Part shown: piece by piece, positions 12,801-26,451 of the stretch | Numbering within the stretch: position 1 is the first letter of the stretch | How the letters are laid out: the number at the start of each line of letters is the position of its first letter | NCBI RefSeq assembly: GCF_009914755.1 | Contig: NC_060933.1 | Direction: 5' to 3' (one strand) | DNA length: 64,000 bases | From: the human T2T-CHM13v2.0 reference genome, Homo sapiens | Notes under the pieces: generated by a model | Database searches by the model: none | Told to the model about the DNA's origin: nothing | Seen by the model: only the letters and a program-made list of their open reading frames with translations | Made by a program: the position numbers and the translations under genes

Positions 12801-15800
12801 TACAGCAGGTTTGAAACACTCTTTTTCTAATATTTGGAAGTGGACATTTGCAGCGCTTTGAGGCCTATGTTGAAAAAGGAAATATCTTCTCCTAAAAACC
12901 AGACAGAAGCATTCTCAGAAACTTCCTTGTGATGTGTGTACTCAAGTAACAGAGTTGAACCTTCCTTTTGACAGAGCAGTTTTGAAGCACTCTTTTTGTA
13001 GAATCTGCAAGTGGATATTTTGATACCTTTGAGGATTTCGTTGGACACGGGATATCTTCATATAAAATCTAGACAGAAGCATTCTCAGAAACTTCTTTGT
13101 GCTGTATGTCCTCAATTAACAGAGTTGAACCTTTGTGTGGATACAGCATTTTGGAAACATTCCTTTAGTAGAATCTGCAAGTTGATATTTAGATAGCTAG
13201 GAAGATTTCCTTGGAAACGGGAATATCTTCATATAAAATCTAGACGGAAGCATTCTCAGAAAGTGCTTTGTGATGTTTGCATTCAAGTCACAGAGTTGAA
13301 TATTCCCTTTTATAGAGCAGGTTTGAAACACTCTTTCTGCACTACCTGGAAGTGGACATTTGGAGCGCTTTGAGGCCTATGTTGAAAAAGGAAATATCTT
13401 CCCATAAAAACTAGACAGAAGCATTCTCAGAAACTTGTTTGTGATGTGTGTATTCAACTAACAGAGATGAACCTTTCTTTTTACAGAGCAGTTTTGAAAC
13501 ACTCTTTTTGTGGAATCTGAAAGTGGATATTTGGATAGCTTTGAAGATTTCGTTGGAAACGGGATTACATATAAAACCTAGAGAGAAGCATTCTCAGGAA
13601 CTTCTTTTTGATGTTTGCCTTCAAGTCACAGGACTGAACATTCCCTTTCATAGAGCAGGTTTGAAACACTCTTTCTGTAGTATCTGCAAGCTGACGTTTC
13701 AAGCGCTTTCAGGCCTATGGTGAGAAAGGAAATATCTTCAAGTAAAAACTAGACAGAAGCATTCTCAGAAACTTATTTGCCATGTGTGTTCTCAACTAAC
13801 AGAGTTGAACCTTTGTTTTGATACGGCATTTTGGAAACACTCTTTTTGTAGAATCTGCAGGTGGATATTCGGATAGCTTTGAAGGTTTCGTTGGAAACGG
13901 GAATATCTTCATATAAAATCTAGACGGAAGCATTCTCAGAAACTGCTTTGTGATGTTTTCATTCAAGTCACAGAGTAGAATGTTCCCTGTTATATACCAG
14001 GTTTGAGACACTCTTTCTGCACTACCTGGAAGTGGACATTTGCAGCGCTTTGAGGCCTATGATGAAAAAGGAAATATCTTCCCATAAAAACTAGACAGAA
14101 GCATTCTCAGAAACTTGTTTGTGATGTGTGTATTCAACTAACAGAGATGAACCTTTCTTTTTACAGAGCAGTTTTGAAACACTCTTTTTGTGGAATCTGA
14201 AAGTGGATATTTGGATAGCTTTGAGGATTTCGTTGGAAACGGGATTACATATAAAATCTAGAGAGAAGCATTCTCAGGAACTTCTTTGTGATGTTTGCAT
14301 TCACGTCACAGAACTGAACATTCCCTTTCATAGAGCATGTTTGAAACACTCTTTCTGTAGTATCTGCAAACGGACATTTCAAACGCTTTCAGGCCTATGG
14401 TGAGAAAGGAAATATCTTCAAATAAAAACTAGACAGAAGCATTCTCAGAAACTTATTTGCGATGTGTGTCCTCAACTAACAGAGTTGAACCTTTCTTTTG
14501 ATACAACATTTTGGAAACACTCTTTTTGTAGAATCTGCAAGTGGATATTTGAATAGCTTTGAAGGTTTCGTTGGAAACGGGAATATCTTCATATAAAATC
14601 AAGACAGAAGCATTCTCAGAAACTTCTCTGTGATGTTTGCATTCAACTCATAGAGTTGAACACTTCCCTTCATACAGCAGGTTTGAAACACTCTTTTTGT
14701 AATATTTGGAAGTGGACATTTGCAGCGCTTTGAGGCCTATGTTGAAAAAGGAAATATCTTCTCCTAAAAACCAGACAGAAGCATTCTCAGAAACTTCCTT
14801 GTGATGTGTGTACTCAAGTAACAGAGTTGAACCTTCCTTTTTACAGAGCAGTTTTGAAACACTCTTTTTGTGGAATCTGAAAGTGGATATTTGGATAGCT
14901 TTGCGGATTTCGTTATAAACGGGATTACATATAAAATCTAGGGAGAAGCATTCTCAGGAACTTCTTTGTGATGTTTGCATTCAAGTCACAGAACTGAACA
15001 TTCCCTTTCATAGAGCAGGTTTGAAACACTCTTTCTGTAGTATCTGCAAGCGGACGTTTTAAGCGCTTTCAGGCCTGTGGTGAGAAAGGAAATATCTTCA
15101 AATAAAAACTAGACAGAAGCATTCTCAGAAACTTATTTGCGATGTGTGTCCTCAACTAACAGAGTTGAACCTTTCTTTTGATACAACATTTTGGAAACAC
15201 TCTTTTTGTAGAATCTGCAAGTGGATATTTGGATAGCTTTGAAGGTTTCGTTGGAAACGGGAATATCTTCATATGAAATCAAGACAGAAGCATTCTCAGA
15301 AACTTCTCTGTGATGTTTGCATTCAACTCATAGAGTTGAACACTTCCCTTCATACAGCAAGTTTGAAACACTCTTTTTCTAATATTTGGAAGTGGACATT
15401 TGCAGCGCTTTGAGGCCTATGTTGAAAAAGGAAATATCTTCTCCTAAAAACCAGACAGAAGCATTCTCAGAAACTTCCTTGTGATGTGTGTACTCAAGTA
15501 ACAGAGTTGAACCTTCCTTTTGACAGAGCAGTTTTGAAGCACTCTTTTTGTAGAATCTGCAAGTGGATATTTTGATACCTTTGAGGATTTCGTTGGACAC
15601 GGGATATCTTCATATAAAATCTAGACAGAAGCATTCTCAGAAACTTCTTTGTGCTGTATGTCCTCAATTAACAGAGTTGAACCTTTGTGTGGATACAGCA
15701 TTTTGGAAACATTCCTTTAGTAGAATCTGCAAGTTGATATTTAGATAGCTAGGAAGATTTCCTTGGAAACGGGAATATCTTCATATAAAATCTAGACGGA

Positions 15801-18800
15801 AGCATTCTCAGAAAGTGCTTTGTGATGTTTGCATTCAAGTCACAGAGTTGAATATTCCCTTTTATAGAGCAGGTTTGAAACACTCTTTCTGCACTACCTG
15901 GAAGTGGACATTTGGAGCGCTTTGAGGCCTATGTTGAAAAAGGAAATATCTTCCCATAAAAACTAGACAGAAGCATTCTCAGAAACTTGTTTGTGATGTG
16001 TGTATTCAACTAACAGAGATGAACCTTTCTTTTTACAGAGCAGTTTTGAAACACTCTTTTTGTGGAATCTGAAAGTGGATATTTGGATAGCTTTGAGGAT
16101 TTCGTTGGAAACGGGATTACATATAAAACCTAGAGAGAAGCATTCTCAGGAACTTCTTTGTGATGTTTGCATTCAAGTCACAGAACTGAACATTCCCTTT
16201 CATAGAGCAGGTTTGAAACACTCTTTCTGTAGTATCTGCAAGCTGACGTTTCAAGCGCTTTCAGGCCTATGGTGAGAAAGGAAATATCTTCAAGTAAAAA
16301 CTAGACAGAAGCATTCTCAGAAACTTATTTGCCATGTGTGTTCTCAACTAACAGAGTTGAACCTTTGTTTTGATATGGCATTTTGGAAACACTCTTTTTG
16401 TAGAATCTGCAGGTGGATATTCGGATAGCTTTGAAGGTTTCGTTGGAAACGGGAATATCTTCATATAAAATCTAGACGGAAGCATTCTGAGAAACTGCTT
16501 TGTGATGTTTTCATTCAAGTCACAGAGTAGAATGTTCCCTGTTATATACCAGGTTTGAGACACTCTTTCTGCACTACCTGGAAGTGGACATTTGCAGCGC
16601 TTTGAGGCCTATGATGAAAAAGGAAATATCTTCCCATAAAAACTAGACAGAAGCATTCTCAGAAACTTGTTTGTGATGTGTGTATTCAACTAACAGAGAT
16701 GAACCTTTCTTTTTACAGAGCAGTTTTGAAACACTCTTTTTGTGGAATCTGAAAGTGGATATTTGGATAGCTTTGAGGATTTCGTTGGAAACGGGATTAC
16801 ATATAAAACCTAGAGAGAAGCATTCTCAGGAACTTCTTTGTGATGTTTGCATTCACGTCACAGAACTGAACATTCCCTTTCATAGAGCATGTTTGAAACA
16901 CTCTTTCTGTAGTATCTGCAAACGGACATTTCAAACGCTTTCAGGCCTATGGTGAGAAAGGAAATATCTTCAAATAAAAACTAGACAGAAGCTTTCTCAG
17001 AAACTTATTTGCGATGTGTGTCCTCAACTAACAGAGTTGAACCTTTCTTTTGATACAACATTTTGGAAACACTCTTTTTGTAGAATCTGCAAGTGGATAT
17101 TTGAATAGCTTTGAAGGTTTCGTTGGAAACGGGAATATCTTCATATAAAATCAAGACAGAAGCATTCTCAGAAACTTCTCTGTGATGTTTGCATTCAACT
17201 CATAGAGTTGAACACTTCCCTTCATACAGCAGGTTTGAAACACTCTTTTTGTAATATTTGGAAGTGGACATTTGCAGCGCTTTGAGGCCTATGATGAAAA
17301 AGGTAATATCTTCCCATAAAAACTAGACAGAAGCATTCTCAGAAACTTGTTTGTGATGTGTGTATTCAACTAACAGAGATGAACCTTTCTTTTTACAGAG
17401 CAGTTTTGAAACACTCTTTTTGTGGAATCTGAAAGTGGATATTTGGATAGCTTTGCGGATTTCGTTGGAAACGGGATTACATATAAAATCTAGGGAGAAG
17501 CATTCTCAGGAACTTCTTTGTGATGTTTGCATTCAAGTCACAGAACTGAACATTCCCTTTCATAGAGCAGGTTTGAAACACTCTTTCTGTAGTATCTGCA
17601 AGCGGACGTTTTAAGCGCTTTCAGGCCTGTGGTGAGAAAGGAAATATCTTCAAATAAAAACTAGACAGAAGCATTCTCAGAAACTTATTTGCGATGTGTG
17701 TCCTCAACTAACAGAGTTGAACCTTTCTTTTGATACAACATTTTGGAAACACTCTTTTTGTAGAATCTGCAAGTGGATATTTGGATAGCTTTGAAGGTTT
17801 CGTTGGAAACGGGAATATCTTCATATGAAATCAAGACAGAAGCATTCTCAGAAACTTCTCTGTGATGTTTGCATTCAACTCATAGAGTTGAACACTTCCC
17901 TTCATACAGCAGGTTTGAAACACTCTTTTTCTAATATTTGGAAGTGGACATTTGCAGCGCTTTGAGGCCTATGTTGAAAAAGGAAATATCTTCTCCTAAA
18001 AACCAGACAGAAGCATTCTCAGAAACTTCCTTGTGATGTGTGTACTCAAGTAACAGAGTTGAACCTTCCTTTTGACAGAGCAGTTTTGAAGCACTCTTTT
18101 TGTAGAATCTGCAAGTGGATATTTTGATACCTTTGAGGATTTCGTTGGACACGGGATATCTTCATATAAAATCTAGACAGAAGCATTCTCAGAAACTTCT
18201 TTGTGCTGTATGTCCTCAATTAACAGAGTTGAACCTTTGTGTGGATACAGCATTTTGGAAACATTCCTTTAGTAGAATCTGCAAGTTGATATTTAGATAG
18301 CTAGGAAGATTTCCTTGGAAACGGGAATATCTTCATATAAAATCTAGACGGAAGCATTCTCAGAAAGTGCTTTGTGATGTTTGCATTCAAGTCACAGAGT
18401 TGAATATTCCCTTTTATAGAGCAGGTTTGAAACACTCTTTCTGCACTACCTGGAAGTGGACATTTGGAGCGCTTTGAGGCCTATGTTGAAAAAGGAAATA
18501 TCTTCCCATAAAAACTAGACAGAAGCATTCTCAGAAACTAGTTTGTGATGTGTGTATTCAACTAACAGAGATGAACCTTTCTTTTTACAGAGCAGTTTTG
18601 AAACACTCTTTTTGTGGAATCTGAAAGTGGATATTTGGATAGCTTTGAGGATTTCGTTGGAAACGGGATTACATATAAAACCTAGAGAGAAGCATTCTCA
18701 GGAACTCCTTTGTGATGTTTGCCTTCAAGTCACAGGACTGAACATTCCCTTTCATAGAGCAGGTTTGAAACATTCTTTCTGTAGTATCTGCAAGCTGACG

Positions 18801-20666
18801 TTTCAAGCGCTTTCAGGCCTATGGTGAGAAAGGAAATATCTTCAAGCAAAAACTAGACAGAAGCATTCTCAGAAACTTATTTGCCATGTGTGTTCTCAAC
18901 TAACAGAGTTGAACCTTTGTTTTGATACGGCATTTTGGAAACACTCTTTTTGTAGAATCTGCAGGTGGATATACGGATAGCTTTGAAGGTTTCGTTGGAA
19001 ACGGGAATATCTTCATATAAAGTCTAGACGGAAGCATTCTCAGAAACTGCTTTGTGATGTTTTCATTCAAGTCACAGAGTAGAATGTTCGCTGTTATATA
19101 CCAGGTTTGAGACACTCTTTCTGCACTACCTGGAAGTGGACGTTTGGAGCGCTTTGAGCCCTATGTTGAAAAAGGAAATATCTTCCCATAAAAACTAGAC
19201 AGAAGCATTCTCAGAAACTTGTTTGTGATGTGTGTATTCAACTAACAGAGATGAACCTTTCTTTTTACAGAGCAGTTTTGAAACACTCTTTTTGTGGAAT
19301 CTGAAAGTGGATATTTGGATAGCTTTGAGGATTTCGTTGGAAACGGGATTACATATAAAATCTAGAGAGATGCATTCTTAGGAACTTCTTTGTGATGTTT
19401 GCATTCAAGTCACAGAACTGAACATTCCCTTTCATAGAGCATGTTTGAAACACTCTTTCTGTAGTATCTGCAAACGGACATTTCAAACGCTTTCAGGCCT
19501 ATGGTGAGAAAGGAAATATCTTCAAATAAAAACTAGACAGAAGCATTCTCAGAAACTTATTTGCGATGTGTGTCCTCAACTAACAGAGTTGAACCTTTCT
19601 TTTGATACAATATTTTGGAAACACTCTTTTTGTAGAATCTGCAAGTGGATATTTGGATAGCTTTGAAGGTTTCGTTGGAAACGGGAATATCTTCATATAA
19701 AATCAAGACAGAAGCATTCTCAGAAACTTCTCTGTGATGTTTGCATTCAACTCATAGAGTTGAACACTTCCCTTCATACAGCAGGTTTGAAACACTCTTT
19801 TTGTAATATTTGGAAGTGGACATTTGCAGCGCTTTGAGGCCTATGTTGAAAAAGGAAATATCTTCTCCTAAAAACCAGACAGAAGCATTCTCAGAAACTT
19901 GTTTGTGATGTGTGTATTCAACTAACAGAGATGAACCTTTCTTTTTACAGAGCTGTTTTGAAACACTCTTTTTGTGGAATCTGAAAGTGGATATTTGGAT
20001 AGCTTTGCGGATTTCGTTGGAAACGGGATTACATATAAAATCTAGGGAGAAGCATTCTCAGGAACTTCTTTGTGATGTTTGCATTCAAGTCACAGAACTG
20101 AACATTCCCTTTCATAGAGCAGGTTTGAAACACTCTTTCTGTAGTATCTGCAAGGGGACGTTTTAAGCGCTTTCAGGCCTGTGGTGAGAAAGGAAATATC
20201 TTCAAATAAAAACTAGACAGAAGCATTCTCAGAAACTTATTTGCGATGTGTGTCCTCAACTAACAGAGTTGAACCTTTCTTTTGATACAACATTTTGGAA
20301 ACACTCTTTTTGTAGAATCTGCAAGTGGATATTTGGATAGCTTTGAAGGTTTCGTTGGAAACGGGAATATCTTCATATGAAATCAAGACAGAAGCATTCT
20401 CAGAAACTTCTCTGTGATGTTTGCATTCAACTCATAGAGTTGAACACTTCCCTTCATACAGCAGGTTTGAAACACTCTTTTTCTAATATTTGGAAGTGGA
20501 CATTTGCAGCGCTTTGAGGCCTATGTTGAAAAAGGAAATATCTTCTCCTAAAAACCAGACAGAAGCATTCTCAGAAACTTCCTTGTGATGTGTGTACTCA
20601 AGTAACAGAGTTGAACCTTCCTTTTGACAGAGCAGTTTTGAAGCACTCTTTTTGTAGAATCTGCAA

Positions 20667-22539
20667 GTGGATATTTTGATACCTTTGAGGATTTCGTTGG
20701 ACACGGGATATCTTCATATAAAATCTAGACAGAAGCATTCTCAGAAACTTCTTTGTGCTGTATGTCCTCAATTAACAGAGTTGAACCATTGTGTGGATAC
20801 AGCATTTTGCAAACATTCCTTTAGTAGAATCTGCAAGTTGATATTTAGATAGCTAGGAAGATTTCCTTTGGAAACGGGAATATCTTCATATAAAATCTAG
20901 ACGGAAGCATTCTCAGAAAGTGCTTTGTGATGTTTGCATTCAAGTCACAGAGTTGAATATTCCCTTTTATAGAGCAGGTTTGAAACACTCTTTCTGCACT
21001 ACCTGGAAGTGGACATTTGGAGCGCTTTGAGGCCTATGTTGAAAAAGGAAATATCTTCCCATAAAAACTAGACAGAAGCATTCTCAGAAACTTGTTTGTG
21101 ATGTGTGTATTCAACTAACAGAGATGAACCTTTCTTTTTACAGAGCAGTTTTGAAACACTCTTTTTGTGGAATCTGAAAGTGGATATTTGGATAGCTTTG
21201 AGGATTTCGTTGGAAACGGGATTACATATAAAACCTAGAGAGAAGCATTCTCAGGAACTGCTTTGTGATGTTTGCATTCAAGTCACAGAACTGAACATTC
21301 CCTTTCATAGAGCAGGTTTGAAACACTCTTTCTGTAGTATCTGCAAGCTGACGTTTCAAGCGCTTTCAGGCCTATGGTGAGAAAGGAAATATCTTCAAGT
21401 AAAAACTAGACAGAAGCATTCTCAGAAACTTATTTGCGATGTGTGTTCTCAACTAACAGAGTTGAACCTTTGTTTTGATATGGCATTTTGGAAACACTCT
21501 TTTTGTAGAATCTGCAGGTGGATATTCGGATAGCTTTGAAGGTTTCGTTGGAAACGGGAATATCTTCATATAAAATCTAGACGGAAGCATTCTCAGAAAC
21601 TGCTTTGTGATGTTTTCATTCAAGTCACAGAGTAGAATGTTCCCTGTTATATACCAGGTTTGAGACACTCTTTCTGCACTACCTGGAAGTGGACATTTGC
21701 AGCGCTTTGAGGCCTATGATGAAAAAGGAAATATCTTCCCATAAAAACTAGACAGAAGCATTCTCAGAAACTTGTTTGTGATGTGTGTATTCAACTAACA
21801 GAGATGAACCTTTCTTTTTACAGAGCAGTTTTGAAACACTCTTTTTGTGGAATCTGAAAGTGGATATTTGGATAGCTTTGAGGATTTCGTTGGAAACGGG
21901 ATTACATATAAAATCTAGAGAGAAGCATTCTCAGGAACTTCTTTGTGATGTTTGCATTCAAGTCACAGAACTGAACATTCCCTTTCATAGAGCATGTTTG
22001 AAACACTCTTTCTGTAGTATCTGCAAACGGACATTTCAAACGCTTTCAGGCCTATGGTGAGAAAGGAAATATCTTCAAATAAAAACTAGACAGAAGCATT
22101 CTCAGAAACTTATTTGCGATGTGTGTCCTCAACTAACAGAGTTGAACCTTTCTTTTGATACAACATTTTGGAAACACTCTTTTTGTAGAATCTGCAAGTG
22201 GATATTTGAATAGCTTTGAAGGTTTCGTTGGAAACGGGAATATCTTCATATAAAATCAAGACAGAAGCATTCTCAGAAACTTCTCTGTGATGTTTGCATT
22301 CAACTCATAGAGTTGAACACTTCCCTTCATACAGCAGGTTTGAAACACTCTTTTTCTAATATTTGGAAGTGGACATTTGCAGCGCTTTGAGGCCTATGTT
22401 GAAAAAGGAAATATCTTCTCCTAAAAACCAGACAGAAGCATTCTCAGAAACTTCCTTGTGATGTGTGTACTCAAGTAACAGAGTTGAACCTTCCTTTTGA
22501 CAGAGCAGTTTTGAAGCACTCTTTTTGTAGAATCTGCAA
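20667..22539 (+). repeat. 11-mer HOR variant (1873 bp, includes a 1-bp insertion)
   Basis: Anchor spacing 20667 to 22540 = 512 + 2x680 + 1. Extra T in ATTTCCTTTGGAAAC at 20867-20869. Confidence 0.93.
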
Positions 22540-25500
22540 GTGGATATTTTGATACCTTTGAGGATTTCGTTGGACACGGGATATCTTCATATAAAATCTA
22601 GACAGAAGCATTCTCAGAAACTTCTTTGTGCTGTATGTCCTCAATTAACAGAGTTGAACCTTTGTGTGGATACAGCATTTTGGAAACATTCCTTTAGTAG
22701 AATCTGCAAGTTGATATTTAGATAGCTAGGAAGATTTCCTTGGAAACGGGAATATCTTCATATAAAATCTAGACGGAAGCATTCTCAGAAAGTGCTTTGT
22801 GATGTTTGCATTCAAGTCACAGAGTTGAATATTCCCTTTTATAGAGCAGGTTTGAAACACTCTTTCTGCACTACCTGGAAGTGGACATTTGGAGCGCTTT
22901 GAGGCCTATGTTGAAAAAGGAAATATCTTCCCATAAAAACTAGACAGAAGCATTCTCAGAAACTTGTTTGTGATGTGTGTATTCAACTAACAGAGATGAA
23001 CCTTTCTTTTTACAGAGCAGTTTTGAAACACTCTTTTTGTGGAATCTGAAAGTGGATATTTGGATAGCTTTGAGGATTTCGTTGGAAACGGGATTACATA
23101 TAAAACCTAGAGAGAAGCATTCTCAGGAACTTCTTTGTGATGTTTGCATTCAAGTCACAGAACTGAACATTCCCTTTCATAGAGCAGGTTTGAAACACTC
23201 TTTCTGTAGTATCTGCAAGCTGACGTTTCAAGCGCTTTCAGGCCTATGGTGAGAAAGGAAATATCTTGAAGTAAAAACTAGACAGAAGCATTCTCAGAAA
23301 CTTATTTGCCATGTGTGTTCTCAACTAACAGAGTTGAACCTTTGTGTGGATACGGCATTTTGGAAACACTCTTTTTGTAGAATCTGCAGGTGGATATTCG
23401 GATAGCTTTGAAGGTTTCGTTGGAAACGGGAATATCTTCATATAAAATCTAGACGGAAGCATTCTCAGAAACTGCTTTGTGATGTTTTCATTCAAGTCAC
23501 AGAGTAGAATGTTCCCTGTTATATACCAGGTTTGAGACACTCTTTCTGCACTACCTGGAAGTGGACGTTTGGAGCGCTTTGAGGCCTATGTTGAAAAAGG
23601 AAATATCTTCCCATAAAAACTAGACAGAAGCATTCTCAGAAACTTGTTTGTGATGTGTGTATTCAACTAACAGAGATGAACCTTTCTTTTTACAGAGCAG
23701 TTTTGAAACACTCTTTTTGTGGAATCTGAAAGTGGATATTTGGATAGCTTTGAGGATTTCGTTGGAAACGGGATTACATATAAAACATAGAGAGAAGCAT
23801 TCTCAGGAACTGCTTTGTGATGTTTGCATTCAAGTCACAGAACTGAACATTCCCTTTCATAGAGCAGGTTTGAAACACTCTTTCTGTAGTATCTGCAAGC
23901 TGACGTTTCAAGCGCTTTCAGGCCTATGGTGAGAAAGGAAATATCTTCAAGTAAAAACTAGACAGAAGCATTCTCAGAAACTTATTTGCGATGTGTGTTC
24001 TCAACTAACAGAGTTGAACCTTTGTTTTGATATGGCATTTTGGAAACACTCTTTTTGTAGAATCTGCAGGTGGATATTCGGATAGCTTTGAAGGTTTCGT
24101 TGGAAACGGGAATATCTTCATATAAAATCTAGACGGAAGCATTCTCAGAAACTGCTTTGTGATGTTTTCATTCAAGTCACAGAGTAGAATGTTCCCTGTT
24201 ATATACCAGGTTTGAGACACTCTTTCTGCACTACCTGGAAGTGGACATTTGCAGCGCTTTGAGGCCTATGATGAAAAAGGAAATATCTTCCCATAAAAAC
24301 TAGACAGAAGCATTCTCAGAAACTTGTTTGTGATGTGTGTATTTAACTAACAGAGATGAACCTTTCTTTCTACAGAGCAGTTTTGAAACACTCTTTTTGT
24401 GGAATCTGAAAGTGGATATTTGGATAGCTTTGAGGATTTCGTTGGAAACGGGATTACATATAAAATCTAGAGAGAAGCATTCTCAGGAACTTCTTTGTGA
24501 TGTTTGCATTCACGTCACAGAACTGAACATTCCCTTTCATAGAGCATGTTTGAAACACTCTTTCTGTAGTATCTGCAAACGGACATTTCAAACGCTTTCA
24601 GGCCTATGGTGAGAAAGGAAATATCTTCAAATAAAAACTAGACAGAAGCATTCTCAGAAACTTATTTGCGATGTGTGTCCTCAACTAACAGAGTTGAACC
24701 TTTCTTTTGATATAACATTTTGGAAACACTCTTTTTGTAGAATCTGCAAGTGGATATTTGAATAGCTTTGAAGGTTTCGTTGGAAACGGGAATATCTTCT
24801 TATAAAATCAAGACAGAAGCATTCTCAGAAACTTCTCTGTGATGTTTGCATTCAACTCATAGAGTTGAACACTTCCCTTCATACAGCAGGTTTGAAACAC
24901 TCTTTTTGTAATATTTGGAAGTGGACATTTGCAGCGCTTTGAGGCCTATGATGAAAAAGGTAATATCTTCCCATAAAAACTAGACAGAAGCATTCTCAGA
25001 AACTTGTTTGTGATGTGTGTATTCAACTAACAGAGATGAACCTTTCTTTTTACAGAGCAGTTTTGAAACACTCTTTTTGTGGAATCTGAAAGTGGATATT
25101 TGGATAGCTTTGAGGATTTCGTTGGAAACGGGATTACATATAAAATCTAGAGAGAAGCATTCTTAGGAACTTCTTTGTGATGTTTGCATTCAAGTCACAG
25201 AACTGAACATTCCCTTTCATAGAGCATGTTTGAAACACTCTTTCTGTAGTATCTGCAAACGGACATTTCAAACGCTTTCAGGCCTATGGTGAGAAAGGAA
25301 ATATCTTCAAATAAAAACTAGACAGAAGCATTCTCAGAAACTTATTTGCGATGTGTGTCCTCAACTAACAGAGTTGAACCTTTCTTTTGATACAACATTT
25401 TGGAAACACTCTTTTTGTAGAATCTGCAAGTGGATATTTGAATAGCTTTGAAGGTTTCGTTGGAAACGGGAATATCTTCATATAAAATCAAGACAGAAGC

Positions 25501-26451
25501 ATTCTCAGAAACTTCTCTGTGATGTTTGCATTCAACTCATAGAGTTGAACACTTCCCTTCATACAGCAGGTTTGAAACACTCTTTTTGTAATATTTGGAA
25601 GTGGACATTTGCAGCGCTTTGAGGCCTATGTTGAAAAAGGAAATATCTTCTCCTAAAAACCAGACAGAAGCATTCTCAGAAACTTCCTTGTGATGTGTGT
25701 ACTCAACTAACAGAGTTGAACCTTCCTTTTTACAGAGCAGTTTTGAAACACTCTTTTTGTGGAATCTGAAAGTGGATATTTGGATAGCTTTGCGGATTTC
25801 GTTGGAAACGGGATTACATATAAAATCTAGGGAGAAGCATTCTCAGGAACTTCTTTGTGATGTTTGCATTCAAGTCACAGAACTGAACATTCCCTTTCAT
25901 AGAGCAGGTTTGAAACACTCTTTCTGTAGTATCTGCAAGCGGACGTTTTAAGCGCTTTCAGGCCTGTGGTGAGAAAGGAAATATCTTCAAATAAAAACTA
26001 GACAGAAGCATTCTCAGAAACTTATTTGCGATGTGTGTCCTCAACTAACAGAGTTGAACCTTTCTTTTGATACAACATTTTGGAAACACTCTTTTTGTAG
26101 AATCTGCAAGTGGATATTTGGATAGCTTTGAAGGTTTCGTTGGAAACGGGAATATCTTCATATGAAATCAAGACAGAAGCATTCTCAGAAACTTCTCTGT
26201 GATGTTTGCATTCAACTCATAGAGTTGAACACTTCCCTTCATACAGCAGGTTTGAAACACTCTTTTTCTAATATTTGGAAGTGGACATTTGCAGCGCTTT
26301 GAGGCCTATGTTGAAAAAGGAAATATCTTCTCCTAAAAACCAGACAGAAGCATTCTCAGAAACTTCCTTGTGATGTGTGTACTCAAGTAACAGAGTTGAA
26401 CCTTCCTTTTGACAGAGCAGTTTTGAAGCACTCTTTTTGTAGAATCTGCAA
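22540..26451 (+). repeat. 23-mer HOR variant (3912 bp)
   Basis: Anchor spacing 3912 = 512 + 5x680. Contains two C-type tetramers (GCATGTTTG / AAACGGACATTTCAAACG at about 24540 and 25225). Confidence 0.92.

Larger units (their letters stand above)
251..20666 (+). repeat. Eight consecutive 2552-bp 15-mer HOR units
   Basis: The unique trimer anchor (GATACCTTTGAGGATTTCGTTGGACACGGG, ORF-track 'MDILIP') recurs at 251, 2803, 5355, 7907, 10459, 13011, 15563, 18115 and 20667, each 2552 bp apart (512 + 3x680). Unit phase is arbitrary. Confidence 0.95.
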
